From contig CANLJX010000002.1 of the NCBI GenBank assembly GCA_947491545.1, positions 9,147 to 73,146 on the forward strand: a DNA stretch of 64,000 nt, read 5' to 3'. The notes under the pieces are model-generated. The model was not told where the DNA came from, made no database searches, and saw only the letters and a program-made list of their open reading frames with translations. This stretch comes from Deltaproteobacteria bacterium (lineage in GTDB: Bacteria > Bdellovibrionota_C > UBA2361 > OMII01). Below, one piece after another: positions 1 to 7,644 of this stretch. A program made the position numbers and the translations under genes. The first letter of the stretch is position 1. Every line of letters begins with the position of its first letter.

Positions 1-690
1 CTTCAGCTCTGTTCGTCGGCGCTCAAGGTACTCGCGCAGGGCGGGGCGCATCGTTGAGGTGATGTAGATCGTGCGGAAGCGCCGGCCCTTGGTTCGAACC
101 TTCTCGATCTGCTCAAGCTTCGGGTCGAGCTGGCTCATCTTGATTGAGCGCACCTCGTCGGCGCGCAGCCCGGTGTCGAGCAGCAGGTTGAGCAGGGTTT
201 CGTTGCGCGCCTGCTTGAAGGTTGGCTTGTCGGCGCGCAGCCGCTTGGCGCGCTCGCGGATCTCGTCGACCTCTGAGGCCCGGATCGACTTGGGGCGAGC
301 CGACTGCATCTTTGGTGACTTCACGTCGCGCGCCGGATTGACGAACCCGGGGATCTTTTCGGCGAGCATCCGTCCCATGTGCTTGAGAGTGGCGAGCCGG
401 CGACAGACCGTGGCAGGGGCCTCGCCGATGCGCAAGCACTCGTCTACGAAGCGCTGCGTTGCAGAGAAGTCCCAGTGCTTGACCTGCAGGTTGTCGACTT
501 CGCGGTTACCCTTCCAGCGCGCCAGGAAGTCGAGAAACTTGTCTGCGTCGAGCTGCTTGGCGCGCGCCGTGTGGCTCACCCCTTCGGCGTAGAAGCGCAG
601 GTACTCACGGAACACCTCGCCTAGCCGCATCGAGGCGACCTGCTTTGAGGGCTCAGCTTCGCCAAAGAGCGAGTGGGAGATCTGCCGCAT
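1..690 (-). CDS. Tyrosine recombinase / phage-type integrase (first 230 codons; C-terminus lies beyond left edge)
   Basis: Absent from ORF track because it is open to the window edge. Manual minus-strand translation from ATG 690-688 is stop-free to nt 1: MRQISHSLFGEAEPSKQVASMRLGEVFREYLRFYAEGVSHTARAKQLDADKFLDFLARWKGNREV...RLATLKHMGRMLAEK...ETLLNLLLDTGLRADEVRSIKMSQL...RTIYITSTMRPALREYLERRR. Core-binding-domain layout followed by the TGxRxxE box-I arginine motif of Xer/Int recombinases. Confidence 0.75.
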   Translation of the reverse strand, partial: MRQISHSLFGEAEPSKQVASMRLGEVFREYLRFYAEGVSHTARAKQLDADKFLDFLARWKGNREVDNLQVKHWDFSATQRFVDECLRIGEAPATVCRRLATLKHMGRMLAEKIPGFVNPARDVKSPKMQSARPKSIRASEVDEIRERAKRLRADKPTFKQARNETLLNLLLDTGLRADEVRSIKMSQLDPKLEQIEKVRTKGRRFRTIYITSTMRPALREYLERRRTELK

Positions 691-786
691 CCGCTTAGTG
701 TAGGTCACACAAGGCGCAAACGGTACCCCTTTTGGGGCTCCAGCGTCGCTTCCCTCGTAGGGCGGTGTCAGGCTAGACTCCCCGCC

Positions 787-1677
787 ATGACTGCACATTT
801 TCCCTTCAGTGGTGCGCTAGCGCCCGTCATGACACAGCTTGAGGCTGCGGTGCTCGACGCGGCTGGCTACCTCGTTTCAAGCCTTGAGTCGGGCGAAGCG
901 ATCAACGTCACCCTCAAGGCCGACCACACCCAGGTGCTAAACCTAGACCTTGAGAGCCAGCGCCGGATTCTGGCGAAGCTCGCCGGCACGTATCCGATAC
1001 TGGCTGAGGAAGATGAGAGCTCCCATTCGCTGATCGATGCTGGCGGAACGTACCTCTTGGTCGACCCGCTCGATGGCACGACCTCGTGCAAGCGCTTCCG
1101 CGGCATGCTCGGCGGACAGGTTGGCTACGGGCCACTCGTTGGTTTCGTGCAGAACAATCGCCTCTCGGCGGCAAGCTTCTACAACATCCCGCAGCGTCGG
1201 CTCTTCTCAGCGGTAGCGGGGCAGGGCACCTGGTGTGTCGAGACGAAGGGCGGGGCGCTCCCTGACGGGCTACCGCGAACGAGGCTTCAGCCTGCTTCGT
1301 GTTCCAAGCTCAATGAAGCCGGCGTGCTGTTCTTTATCGGGAAGCAGGGCGAGTCCGAGGTGGTCCAGCACCTGCGCAACGAGAATGCGCTTGAGAACCT
1401 GTACCGCTTCGGGGGCTTCGCAAACGACTGCTCAAGGCTGGCTCAGGGGCTAGAGCAGCTCTCGGTCCAGTTTACCGTAAAGCCTTGGGATCTCTCGGCT
1501 GCGCTGCTGGCTGAGGAGGCTGGGCTCGAGGTTATCCTGGACCCGCTCAAGAGAAAGATCCCCTTGCACTCCTGGCGCATCGAAAGAGAGAACCCTCTTA
1601 TCGCGGTTACCAAGCCTCTCAGAGACGAGCTCTTCACTGTGCTCAGCCGCTTTAAACGGCACGAGAGTGTTCGATGA
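787..1677 (+). CDS. Inositol monophosphatase family protein (SuhB/CysQ-like)
   Basis: ORF 673..1677. Start moved to ATG 787 (MTAHFPF). IMPase motifs AEEDE...LVDPLDGT and PWDLSAALLAEEAG. Confidence 0.75.
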   Translation: MTAHFPFSGALAPVMTQLEAAVLDAAGYLVSSLESGEAINVTLKADHTQVLNLDLESQRRILAKLAGTYPILAEEDESSHSLIDAGGTYLLVDPLDGTTSCKRFRGMLGGQVGYGPLVGFVQNNRLSAASFYNIPQRRLFSAVAGQGTWCVETKGGALPDGLPRTRLQPASCSKLNEAGVLFFIGKQGESEVVQHLRNENALENLYRFGGFANDCSRLAQGLEQLSVQFTVKPWDLSAALLAEEAGLEVILDPLKRKIPLHSWRIERENPLIAVTKPLRDELFTVLSRFKRHESVR

Positions 1678-2423
1678 CTAACGTTCGCTTCGACCCGCAC
1701 GCGCACCTGTACGAGAGCTACTCGCTCAAGAAGTGGGTCGACGCGGCGATCGGAAACCTTACCAAAGACCTAAAAGAGATCCTCCCGGTTGTCTTCATCG
1801 TTGACCGCGAGGGGCAAGACTCCTTTGCGCGGCTGCGCAAGGAGGTCCCGCTCTTTGGCGACTGGGAGGAGAACCCGGACGGGCGCTCGGGGTTGATTAC
1901 GGTCTTTGCGGGGAAGCTGCTGGTAGTTCGCGGTGTGCAGTACGTCGCTAAAGAGAAGATCGAGGTGCTCGGGCTCGGTGTTTCGCGCCGCGTTGCAGAC
2001 GGCGCTCCCGCGTCGGACCTCATCGAGCTGATCAGCGAGGAGGGCGGTGTGCCGTGCCTGCCGTGGTCGCCAGGAAAGTGGCTCGGCCGCCGCGGTCGGC
2101 TCGTGCGGCAGCTCCTTGAGTCGCATACCCCGAAGACGCTCACCGTTGGAGACATCTCGATGCGCACCTTCTTCGGGCCGCCATCGCCGCTGCTGCGCTT
2201 CGCGCGCGGGCAGGGATACTCGATGCTGTACGGCACCGACCCGCTGCCGCGCAAAGGAGACGAGCAGCTCGTCGGAAGCTTCGGCCGCGCAATCAAGAAG
2301 CTGCCCGAAGGCGACCTCGTTTCCGCGATCCTTGAGAGCCTGTACGGCGGAGCTGAAACGCTCAAGACCTGCGGGCGGCGCAACTCGGCGCTGCGCGCGG
2401 CGCTGCGGTATTTCTGGAAGTAG
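1674..2423 (+). CDS. Hypothetical protein, possibly PHP-like metal-dependent phosphoesterase
   Basis: ATGA stop/start overlap with the upstream IMPase-family gene. N-terminus FDPHAHLY resembles the HxH start of PHP/amidohydrolase folds; otherwise unrecognised. Confidence 0.5.
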   Translation: MTNVRFDPHAHLYESYSLKKWVDAAIGNLTKDLKEILPVVFIVDREGQDSFARLRKEVPLFGDWEENPDGRSGLITVFAGKLLVVRGVQYVAKEKIEVLGLGVSRRVADGAPASDLIELISEEGGVPCLPWSPGKWLGRRGRLVRQLLESHTPKTLTVGDISMRTFFGPPSPLLRFARGQGYSMLYGTDPLPRKGDEQLVGSFGRAIKKLPEGDLVSAILESLYGGAETLKTCGRRNSALRAALRYFWK

Positions 2424-2424
2424 C

Positions 2425-2535
2425 GCGGAGAAGGGGACGCTACGATATTCGTGCCGAGCCACCTGGATGAGGACTAGGAATCCAGTGCAAGTGCAGGAGA
2501 AGGAGGAAGAGTAGGAGGATTTGTTTCGCGGGGGA
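2425..2535 (-). repeat. Family A nested-palindrome element, copy A-1 (internally deleted half copy)
   Basis: GCTACGATATTCGTGCCGAGCCACCTGGATGAGGACTAGGAATCCAGTGCAAGTGCAGGAGAAGGAGGAAGAG aligns to one arm plus the centre of copy A-6. Confidence 0.7.
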
Positions 2536-2613
2536 GAAGAGTGAGGGTGTGAATACCAGTGTCGTAACGACGCTGACCACGAACGACCCTCAGACGTTCG
2601 CGGAGCGTTGAAC

Positions 2614-3123
2614 CTATTCCTCCGGGGGAAGGCCAAACATCACCTCCATGGACAGGAAAAAGGAGTCGAGATCGACCATTGGACCAAGATCTCCACCTTT
2701 CTCTGGCCCTTCTCTGTAGGTGGCCATGGCGAAGAACACGTTATTAGTTCCCGAGAGCGAGATGCGAGCGAATCCACACGCACCCTCCCCAGGGATCTCG
2801 ATAAACAGGTGCACAACGGGCATCTCGTAGCCTGGCACGATGACGTCATCAAGATCAGGCGCGGGCTTCCCGCCCATGAGTCCCGAAAATCCGCGGTGCT
2901 CCGCCAGACGCCGCGCCGGGGTACGCATTACTCCGGTGGCCACTCCGATCCGGTACTGCTCGAAAGAGCACACCGCTCGCTTTGGCGACTCCTTTAGGAC
3001 ATCCCCTCGGGCGAGCGTTTGGTGCTCGTTTCCGAGCCTCCAAACCCCCGTCTTTGGGTGCATAAAGAAAGCCAGGTCGAGCTCGGCTTCTTTCGTTAGG
3101 TAACACAGTTCAAATCGACGCAT
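2614..3123 (-). CDS. Hypothetical protein
   Basis: ORF 2614..3222. Start moved to ATG 3123 (MRRFELCYL) because AAGGAGG lies 7 nt upstream. No recognisable domain. Confidence 0.5.
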   Translation of the reverse strand: MRRFELCYLTKEAELDLAFFMHPKTGVWRLGNEHQTLARGDVLKESPKRAVCSFEQYRIGVATGVMRTPARRLAEHRGFSGLMGGKPAPDLDDVIVPGYEMPVVHLFIEIPGEGACGFARISLSGTNNVFFAMATYREGPEKGGDLGPMVDLDSFFLSMEVMFGLPPEE

Positions 3124-3317
3124 TGCAAAACCTCCTTGTGGAACCAACATGGGTCCCTCGTGCGCGCTGCAGCGTGCGTACGAGGGACCCACATGGCGTC
3201 CAGGAGGCAGGACAATGCCCAAAAAACCTTGCAGGTATTCACACCCTATAAAAGGGCACCTAGACAGTCTACGAGGTGGCGGGGATTAAGCAAATTTTGG
3301 CCGCTGGGAGAAGGTAG

Positions 3318-3332
3318 AGTAGCCCGGCTACT
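3318..3332. promoter_or_regulatory. 15-bp palindrome AGTAGCC-C-GGCTACT (candidate operator), copy 1
   Basis: Perfect 7+1+7 dyad inside each unit of the 164-bp tandem duplication. Confidence 0.3.
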
Positions 3333-3481
3333 GGCAAAAAAAGAGGAGGCTAGCCCCCCTACAGAGAAACAAACTGTAAAGTTTAGAGCATGAGCTGCCG
3401 TAAGCTATAAGCAATTCGCGGGGGTAAAGTTATGGGGCTAAAGAGAACTTTAAGCAAATTTTGGCCGCTGGGAGAAGGTAG

Positions 3482-3496
3482 AGTAGCCCGGCTACT
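3482..3496. promoter_or_regulatory. 15-bp palindrome AGTAGCC-C-GGCTACT (candidate operator), copy 2
   Basis: Same dyad, 164 bp downstream, ~100 nt upstream of the ATG at 3596. Confidence 0.3.
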
Positions 3497-3595
3497 GGCA
3501 AAAAAAGAGGAGGCTAGCCCCCCTACAGAGAGACAAACTGTAAAGTTTAGAGCATGAGCTGCCGTAAGCTGTAAGTAATTTGCGGGGGGAAAGTT

Positions 3596-4090
3596 ATGGG
3601 GCTAAAGAGAACTTTAATTGCGCTGCTTGCCTTGAGTGTAGCCTTTCAGGGTGCTCAGCCGTGGAGCGTCGCTACGCGGGAGGTGTCCGCCGAGAGCAAA
3701 GCGGCTGCTCCGAAGCGCAAAGCGCCGCCACGGAGGGTTTTCTCCACCCGGGCATCGGTTGACCCGCTGACACCCGAGGCGGTGGCATTTTCTGGAGCTC
3801 TGGCGAAGTCTATCCCAAGTCGGTTGACGAGGGAGTCTCTTCGTAAGTTTACGTTTAAGCGAGCGAAGTCCAACTCGTTCGTCTCGGCGGAGACTAAATT
3901 CTCGCTTAGTGCATTGGCATCAGACCGCCGATCTTGGGCACGTGGAGTTGCGACCGTTACAGCGGGCGATATGTTCGTGGCGTTCATTCCATCGGGAAAT
4001 GGATTGGTTGGCATCGTTGAGGCGGTCCAGCGACGTGTCGGCAATAAAAAGGTTGATCTTAAGAGAGAGGCGCAGCTTCGAGCGGCTTGA
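3596..4090 (+). CDS. Secreted hypothetical protein
   Basis: Sec-type signal peptide MGLKRTLIALLALSVAFQGA. G-rich RBS 7 nt upstream. Sits in a visibly lower-GC stretch. Confidence 0.5.
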   Translation: MGLKRTLIALLALSVAFQGAQPWSVATREVSAESKAAAPKRKAPPRRVFSTRASVDPLTPEAVAFSGALAKSIPSRLTRESLRKFTFKRAKSNSFVSAETKFSLSALASDRRSWARGVATVTAGDMFVAFIPSGNGLVGIVEAVQRRVGNKKVDLKREAQLRAA

Positions 4091-4258
4091 TTTAAGGTTC
4101 ATCTACTAGTCGATCGGTTCCAGGTAGTCTTGTGGGATTCGCTCGACCCCAAAGGTATTGAGCTAACGGTAGCTAAGGCGCCGACCCTGATCACGAGGCC
4201 TCTCTCACCACAAGAATTTGCGAGTGTCTTGATCCCCCCAAAGGGTTCGGCTTCGAGC

Positions 4259-4987
4259 ATGAGGGTTGCTGGTATGGTGCCTCCTGCGATGCTCGCCGTA
4301 ATGTCGGCTTCCACCGTTTGTTACGAAGAAAAGGAGCCCGCACTAAAGAGGTATCTAAGGCCGGAAAGGAAGTCTATCTGCATTTTTGGCCCGTCAGTTA
4401 ACGTGCCAGATGACAAGAAGGCGTGCCCGAAACCTCGCGATGACATAAAATGCGACTACAGCAAAACGAAAAGGGAATTGACTCTCAAAAGCGAAAACGT
4501 CTTTGCTAAATCGCAGGAGGACTGCAGGAAAGCTGCCGTAGAATTAGAGGAACAAAATTGTGCTGGGCAAACTTTTGACCCCTTAGTGCTGAACTGTCCG
4601 GTGGTTCCCACCTACTCTCCAGGGGGTGCACCTTCTTTTAAACCTTGGGTTTGCCCTATAGAACTGCAGGAGGTGGGAGTTTCCGGGGCCACGTGTATCC
4701 CAATTACCGGGCTTGACTGTAAAGACAGGAAGCCTGATCGCGTCACCGCTACCCTCGACTATGACAAAAAATTGGTGACCTGCCAGTGCTTTTGGGCGGC
4801 CAAGGACGATCCAACTTGCCCGGGGAATCCAGACAGGGCGTGTCACTATGACGAGAAATCTTTAGAGACGACTATGCCGATCATACGAGGTGAGACCAAC
4901 AAAACGCGGGTCGAGAAATGCCATGCGTCATGTGAGACGCAAGAAGCGGAGACCTCCCGGATCGAATGTGCCGGGGTAGAGGCGTAG
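4259..4987 (+). CDS. Cysteine-rich secreted/lipoprotein-like hypothetical protein
   Basis: ORF 4130..4987. A plausible start is MRVAGMVPPAMLAVMSASTVC (hydrophobic leader ending in Cys). About 18 Cys spread over the mature part (CPKPRDDIKC, NCAG, NCPV, CPIEL, CIPITGLDC, CQC, CPGNPDRAC, CHASC). Confidence 0.45.
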   Translation: MRVAGMVPPAMLAVMSASTVCYEEKEPALKRYLRPERKSICIFGPSVNVPDDKKACPKPRDDIKCDYSKTKRELTLKSENVFAKSQEDCRKAAVELEEQNCAGQTFDPLVLNCPVVPTYSPGGAPSFKPWVCPIELQEVGVSGATCIPITGLDCKDRKPDRVTATLDYDKKLVTCQCFWAAKDDPTCPGNPDRACHYDEKSLETTMPIIRGETNKTRVEKCHASCETQEAETSRIECAGVEA

Positions 4988-4994
4988 ATTGGTA

Positions 4995-5320
4995 GCGCAG
5001 AGAAGGTGTTCGTCCGGCTCTCAAAAAAAACATTCGGAGGCTCAAAGCAGAATCTAGCGAGGCATAGCATTCCTCATCTTCATCCTAATCCTGCTCTTAC
5101 GCCTGCACCTGCACCGGAATCCTCTTCAAGTTCAAGAAATTGCAGATGGTTGCCCACGCCATGCCGATCGAGATGCCCGGATGAGAATGAGAAATCCGAT
5201 GCAAGTCTAGGATTCGGAGACGGAGGAAGTTCAGGGGCAGCATAGCCACCTTTCCCCGCCCCAAAGCCAGGCTAGAGAAGCCTCTAACAGCCAGCTTTAG
5301 ACAGCATGTGCCGGCCCCTC
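4995..5320 (-). repeat. Family A element, copy A-2 (full length, one arm degenerate)
   Basis: CATTCCTCATCTTCATCCTAATCCTGCTC..CCTGCACCTGCACCGG arm. The flanks align to A-3 (TAGCGAGGCAT.., GCCAGGCTAGAGAAGCC, AGCCAGCTTTAGACAGCATGTGCCGGCCCCT). Confidence 0.7.
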
Positions 5321-5433
5321 CTGCCGAATCAGAACCGCCAATCGTTGCTTTCCACCCCTCGCTGAATGACACTCCCGGGCTGGGTTTAAAAGGTTTTTTC
5401 TCTAACGGGAGTTCTACTCCCAAGGAGTCGGAT

Positions 5434-6174
5434 ATGTTGTACGAGCACTTTTCTGAGTGCCCGAAAGTTGAGGGCTACAGCCGGACGGTTGCAGTCTTCG
5501 GTATTATTGGCAAAGAGAGCGATCTCTCGGCAAACGTTGGCCAGCCAGTCCTGCTGCTAAAGCAGCGTGACGGGATTGGCGGCTTTCCATGGTGTTGGGA
5601 TCTTCCGGGAGGCTCTGCCGAGCCGGGGGATGCCATCTCGGATGATGACCCCTTGATACGAGGGTCGCACGACAGGTCTGTTCGAAGGACGCTGCAGCGC
5701 GAGCTTCTCGAGGAAGTTAACATCCGTTCGGATTACCACGTCAGAATCGGCAACCCGCTCTACGAAGTGCGTGGGGTCGAGAAGAGGATCGTGGAGCATC
5801 ACCTCTTCCTTGTTGTGTCCCACGGCCCTCCGAAGGAGAGCGACGAGGCGATCAACTTGGCGTGGGTCAACCCGCAATCGGCCCTCGGGCTGAAAATTGC
5901 AAGGTTTGAGCCAGCGCAGCGCTCGATGGGGCCTGTGGCTATCCTGATGCACGATGGCTTCTCGGTGCTCAGCAAGCCGCTGTACGAGGGGCCCCTGACG
6001 GAAGAGATCAAGTCTGTCGCTGGTTCAGAGCTCTGCTCTAACCGATTCAGCTTGATCGATCGAGATTGCTACTTTGCAAGGCTGTCCCCGGATGGCTCTG
6101 TGAAGGTATACCGACGGCTCAATCCTTTTACTCCGAGCGGCCACTTTGTTGGCAGCCTAGAGCACTTCGCGTAA
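5434..6174 (+). CDS. NUDIX-family hydrolase (atypical insertion in Nudix box)
   Basis: ORF 5308..6174. Start moved to ATG 5434 (AAGGAG 6 nt upstream), because the 5' part of the ORF lies inside repeat A-2. Nudix-like GGSAEPGD...RRTLQRELLEEVNI. Confidence 0.6.
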   Translation: MLYEHFSECPKVEGYSRTVAVFGIIGKESDLSANVGQPVLLLKQRDGIGGFPWCWDLPGGSAEPGDAISDDDPLIRGSHDRSVRRTLQRELLEEVNIRSDYHVRIGNPLYEVRGVEKRIVEHHLFLVVSHGPPKESDEAINLAWVNPQSALGLKIARFEPAQRSMGPVAILMHDGFSVLSKPLYEGPLTEEIKSVAGSELCSNRFSLIDRDCYFARLSPDGSVKVYRRLNPFTPSGHFVGSLEHFA

Positions 6175-6247
6175 GCCTCTGAGTTTTATCAACCCGTCCC
6201 GCACCGAGAGGGAACACAATATCTCGGCAACTTTTTCGTTCTCCTGA

Positions 6248-6449
6248 AACTCGTGTCAGTCATGACTTTCCGAGTGTTCTCAACCGCAATACTTGCGAGC
6301 CTCTCTTTGGAATAATTCGATTCTGGCGATGATCGGTGCATAACTCGACGGAATCGGTGCGCCCCATGCGAAAACAGGAAAGGGAGCTGCGCCGTGCAAA
6401 CAACGCGACGCCGAGAAAGGAAGAAAGTCATGACTGACAGGAGTTTGCC
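6248..6449 (+). mobile_element. Family E MITE-like element, copy E-1
   Basis: Terminal IRs AAACTCGTGTCAGTCATGACTTTC / GAAAGTCATGACTGACAGGAGTTT (23 of 24). ~200 bp with no coding capacity for a transposase. Confidence 0.75.
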
Positions 6450-6510
6450 AGCGGGTGCGGCTGCCGTCCAAATTTCAGGCGCAAGCGACCGGCGTCTATA
6501 CATTGCAATG

Positions 6511-7644
6511 TCAATATGTTAGCGCCTCATCCGCCGCCCCTTCGGCCTTCTTGCCGTCTGGCGGCACGCGCACGAATGCGGTTCGGCGCGCCATGCGTTC
6601 GATAACGGTCACAAACACAAACTGGGGGCGCTCCCGCTCAACCAGCCCAACCAAGTTGCGGGGACTGGCAAGAGCCTTATCCCAGTGAAGAATCGCGAGA
6701 TCCGCAAACGTACGCTCCATGAACGGCTTTAGCGAATCACCGAAAGAATCGGTGAGCCACAGTACCTTTGCGGCGTTGAGCGCTCCAGGGGTGTGGCGTC
6801 GCAACAGTCTCGCTGGCTCGCCTTGCTCCAAGATGTCCGGCAGCTCTTCTGCCCGTCCGACCGTAGAGAGCTCATCGGCGGGGGCTGGCTTCAACACCGG
6901 CACCTCCTCCCGATCCCATGCTTGGAGCCGAAGGAACAGCGACATGTCTCCGCCCCGCCGTTCTGTAGTGCCATCCACCGTAAAAAATTCGGCAGGAAGC
7001 CAGGCAACCTCAGGCGCATGCTCCCTGACAGATTCCGCAAATGCTCGGTACCCAAGCCATGCCCCAAGCTCGTTCCAGTGCGAGTCGTGCATGTAGTACA
7101 GCCGCTCGGTCCGTGAGCGCGCAGCCGAGAGGAGCGCCGGCGCGAGAAAGACGTGGACTCCTTTCTCTGGCAGGGACTTGAGCCGCTCTATCGGCGCATC
7201 TGGCGAAGTCTTCGCCCAGTTCGGCGCATACTCCCCATACACAGACTGCTTGTCTGGGACCACCATGATTCGAAAAACCCGCACGCCTTTCTCGCGCAAC
7301 CAAAGATCCCATGCTATTCCGGCGCTGATAATCCTGCTGTTTCGCTCTTCGTCAGCCGGTGTGGCGGAACGCCTGTGGGAAGAGATCGAATCTTGGTGCG
7401 TGTCCCCAAGAAAGTCCCACCCCCCGTAGCCAATCACGACGTCTCCGGGGCTCACGCTCACGCCATACGCCGCAAGCGGCCGAGACACCCAGCTAAAGAA
7501 CCGGTCGAAGTTGAACATCTCTCGGCTAATCCAGGGCGGCCGCTGCTCCTTGGATGCTGCAAAGCGCTCCGCCACAGGTATGGCGCACAAGCACGCAGCG
7601 ACGCAGCTGAGAAAAATGTGAACTTTGCTTTTTGCTCTCATCAC
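6511..7644 (-). CDS. AlgJ/AlgX-like SGNH O-acetyltransferase partner of MBOAT
   Basis: N-terminal membrane anchor. DSHW motif (YYMHDSHWNELG) typical of AlgJ/AlgX/DltD-type proteins. Starts directly after the MBOAT stop (TAG-GTG-ATG). Confidence 0.65.
   Translation of the reverse strand: MMRAKSKVHIFLSCVAACLCAIPVAERFAASKEQRPPWISREMFNFDRFFSWVSRPLAAYGVSVSPGDVVIGYGGWDFLGDTHQDSISSHRRSATPADEERNSRIISAGIAWDLWLREKGVRVFRIMVVPDKQSVYGEYAPNWAKTSPDAPIERLKSLPEKGVHVFLAPALLSAARSRTERLYYMHDSHWNELGAWLGYRAFAESVREHAPEVAWLPAEFFTVDGTTERRGGDMSLFLRLQAWDREEVPVLKPAPADELSTVGRAEELPDILEQGEPARLLRRHTPGALNAAKVLWLTDSFGDSLKPFMERTFADLAILHWDKALASPRNLVGLVERERPQFVFVTVIERMARRTAFVRVPPDGKKAEGAADEALTY

Larger units (their letters stand above)
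3287..3617 (+). repeat. 164-bp tandem direct duplication (2.0 copies) of the promoter/RBS/first 7 codons of gene 3596..4090
   Basis: Unit 1 is 3287-3450 and unit 2 is 3451-3614 (+3), with 5 mismatches counted by eye. Each unit ends ...GGGGGxAAAGTTATGGGGCTAAAGAGAACTT. Confidence 0.9.

Noticed and set aside
71-624. Track ORFs 71..592(+), 113..439(-) and 379..624(+) at the left edge
   Set aside because: Their translations are Arg/Ser/Ala-rich low-complexity sequence. A different minus-strand frame, open to the window edge, gives a clean tyrosine-recombinase sequence, so these are shadow ORFs.
1770-2636. Long antisense or alternative-frame ORFs overlapping good genes, e.g. 1770..2636(-), 16484..17314(-), 34228..34809(+), 43181..43663(+), 46142..46759(+) and 62101..62904(-)
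   Set aside because: These are typical high-GC shadow ORFs. They are Arg/Pro/Ser/Ala-rich with no motifs, and each overlaps a gene with strong family signatures on the other strand or frame.
5308-5433. N-terminal extension of the NUDIX gene (track ORF starts at 5308)
   Set aside because: The first codons lie inside repeat A-2. ATG 5434 has an AAGGAG RBS at ideal spacing.
6380-6420. GCAAAC...GACGCCGAGAAAGG inside family E, which is reminiscent of c-di-GMP-I (GEMM) riboswitch blocks upstream of polysaccharide genes
   Set aside because: The match is only a few nucleotides. The identical sequence also occurs downstream of the operon (copy E-1), and the element has MITE-type terminal inverted repeats.
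6189-6503. Conserved ~65-aa peptide (LLSVMTFFLSRRRVVCTAQLPFLFSHGAHRF...) encoded by ORFs 6189..6503(-) and 9279..9632(-)
   Set aside because: The identity only reflects the ~97% identical family-E DNA copies. The ORF ends differ outside the repeat, three of the six nucleotide differences are non-synonymous, and the sequence is bounded by terminal inverted repeats, like a MITE.
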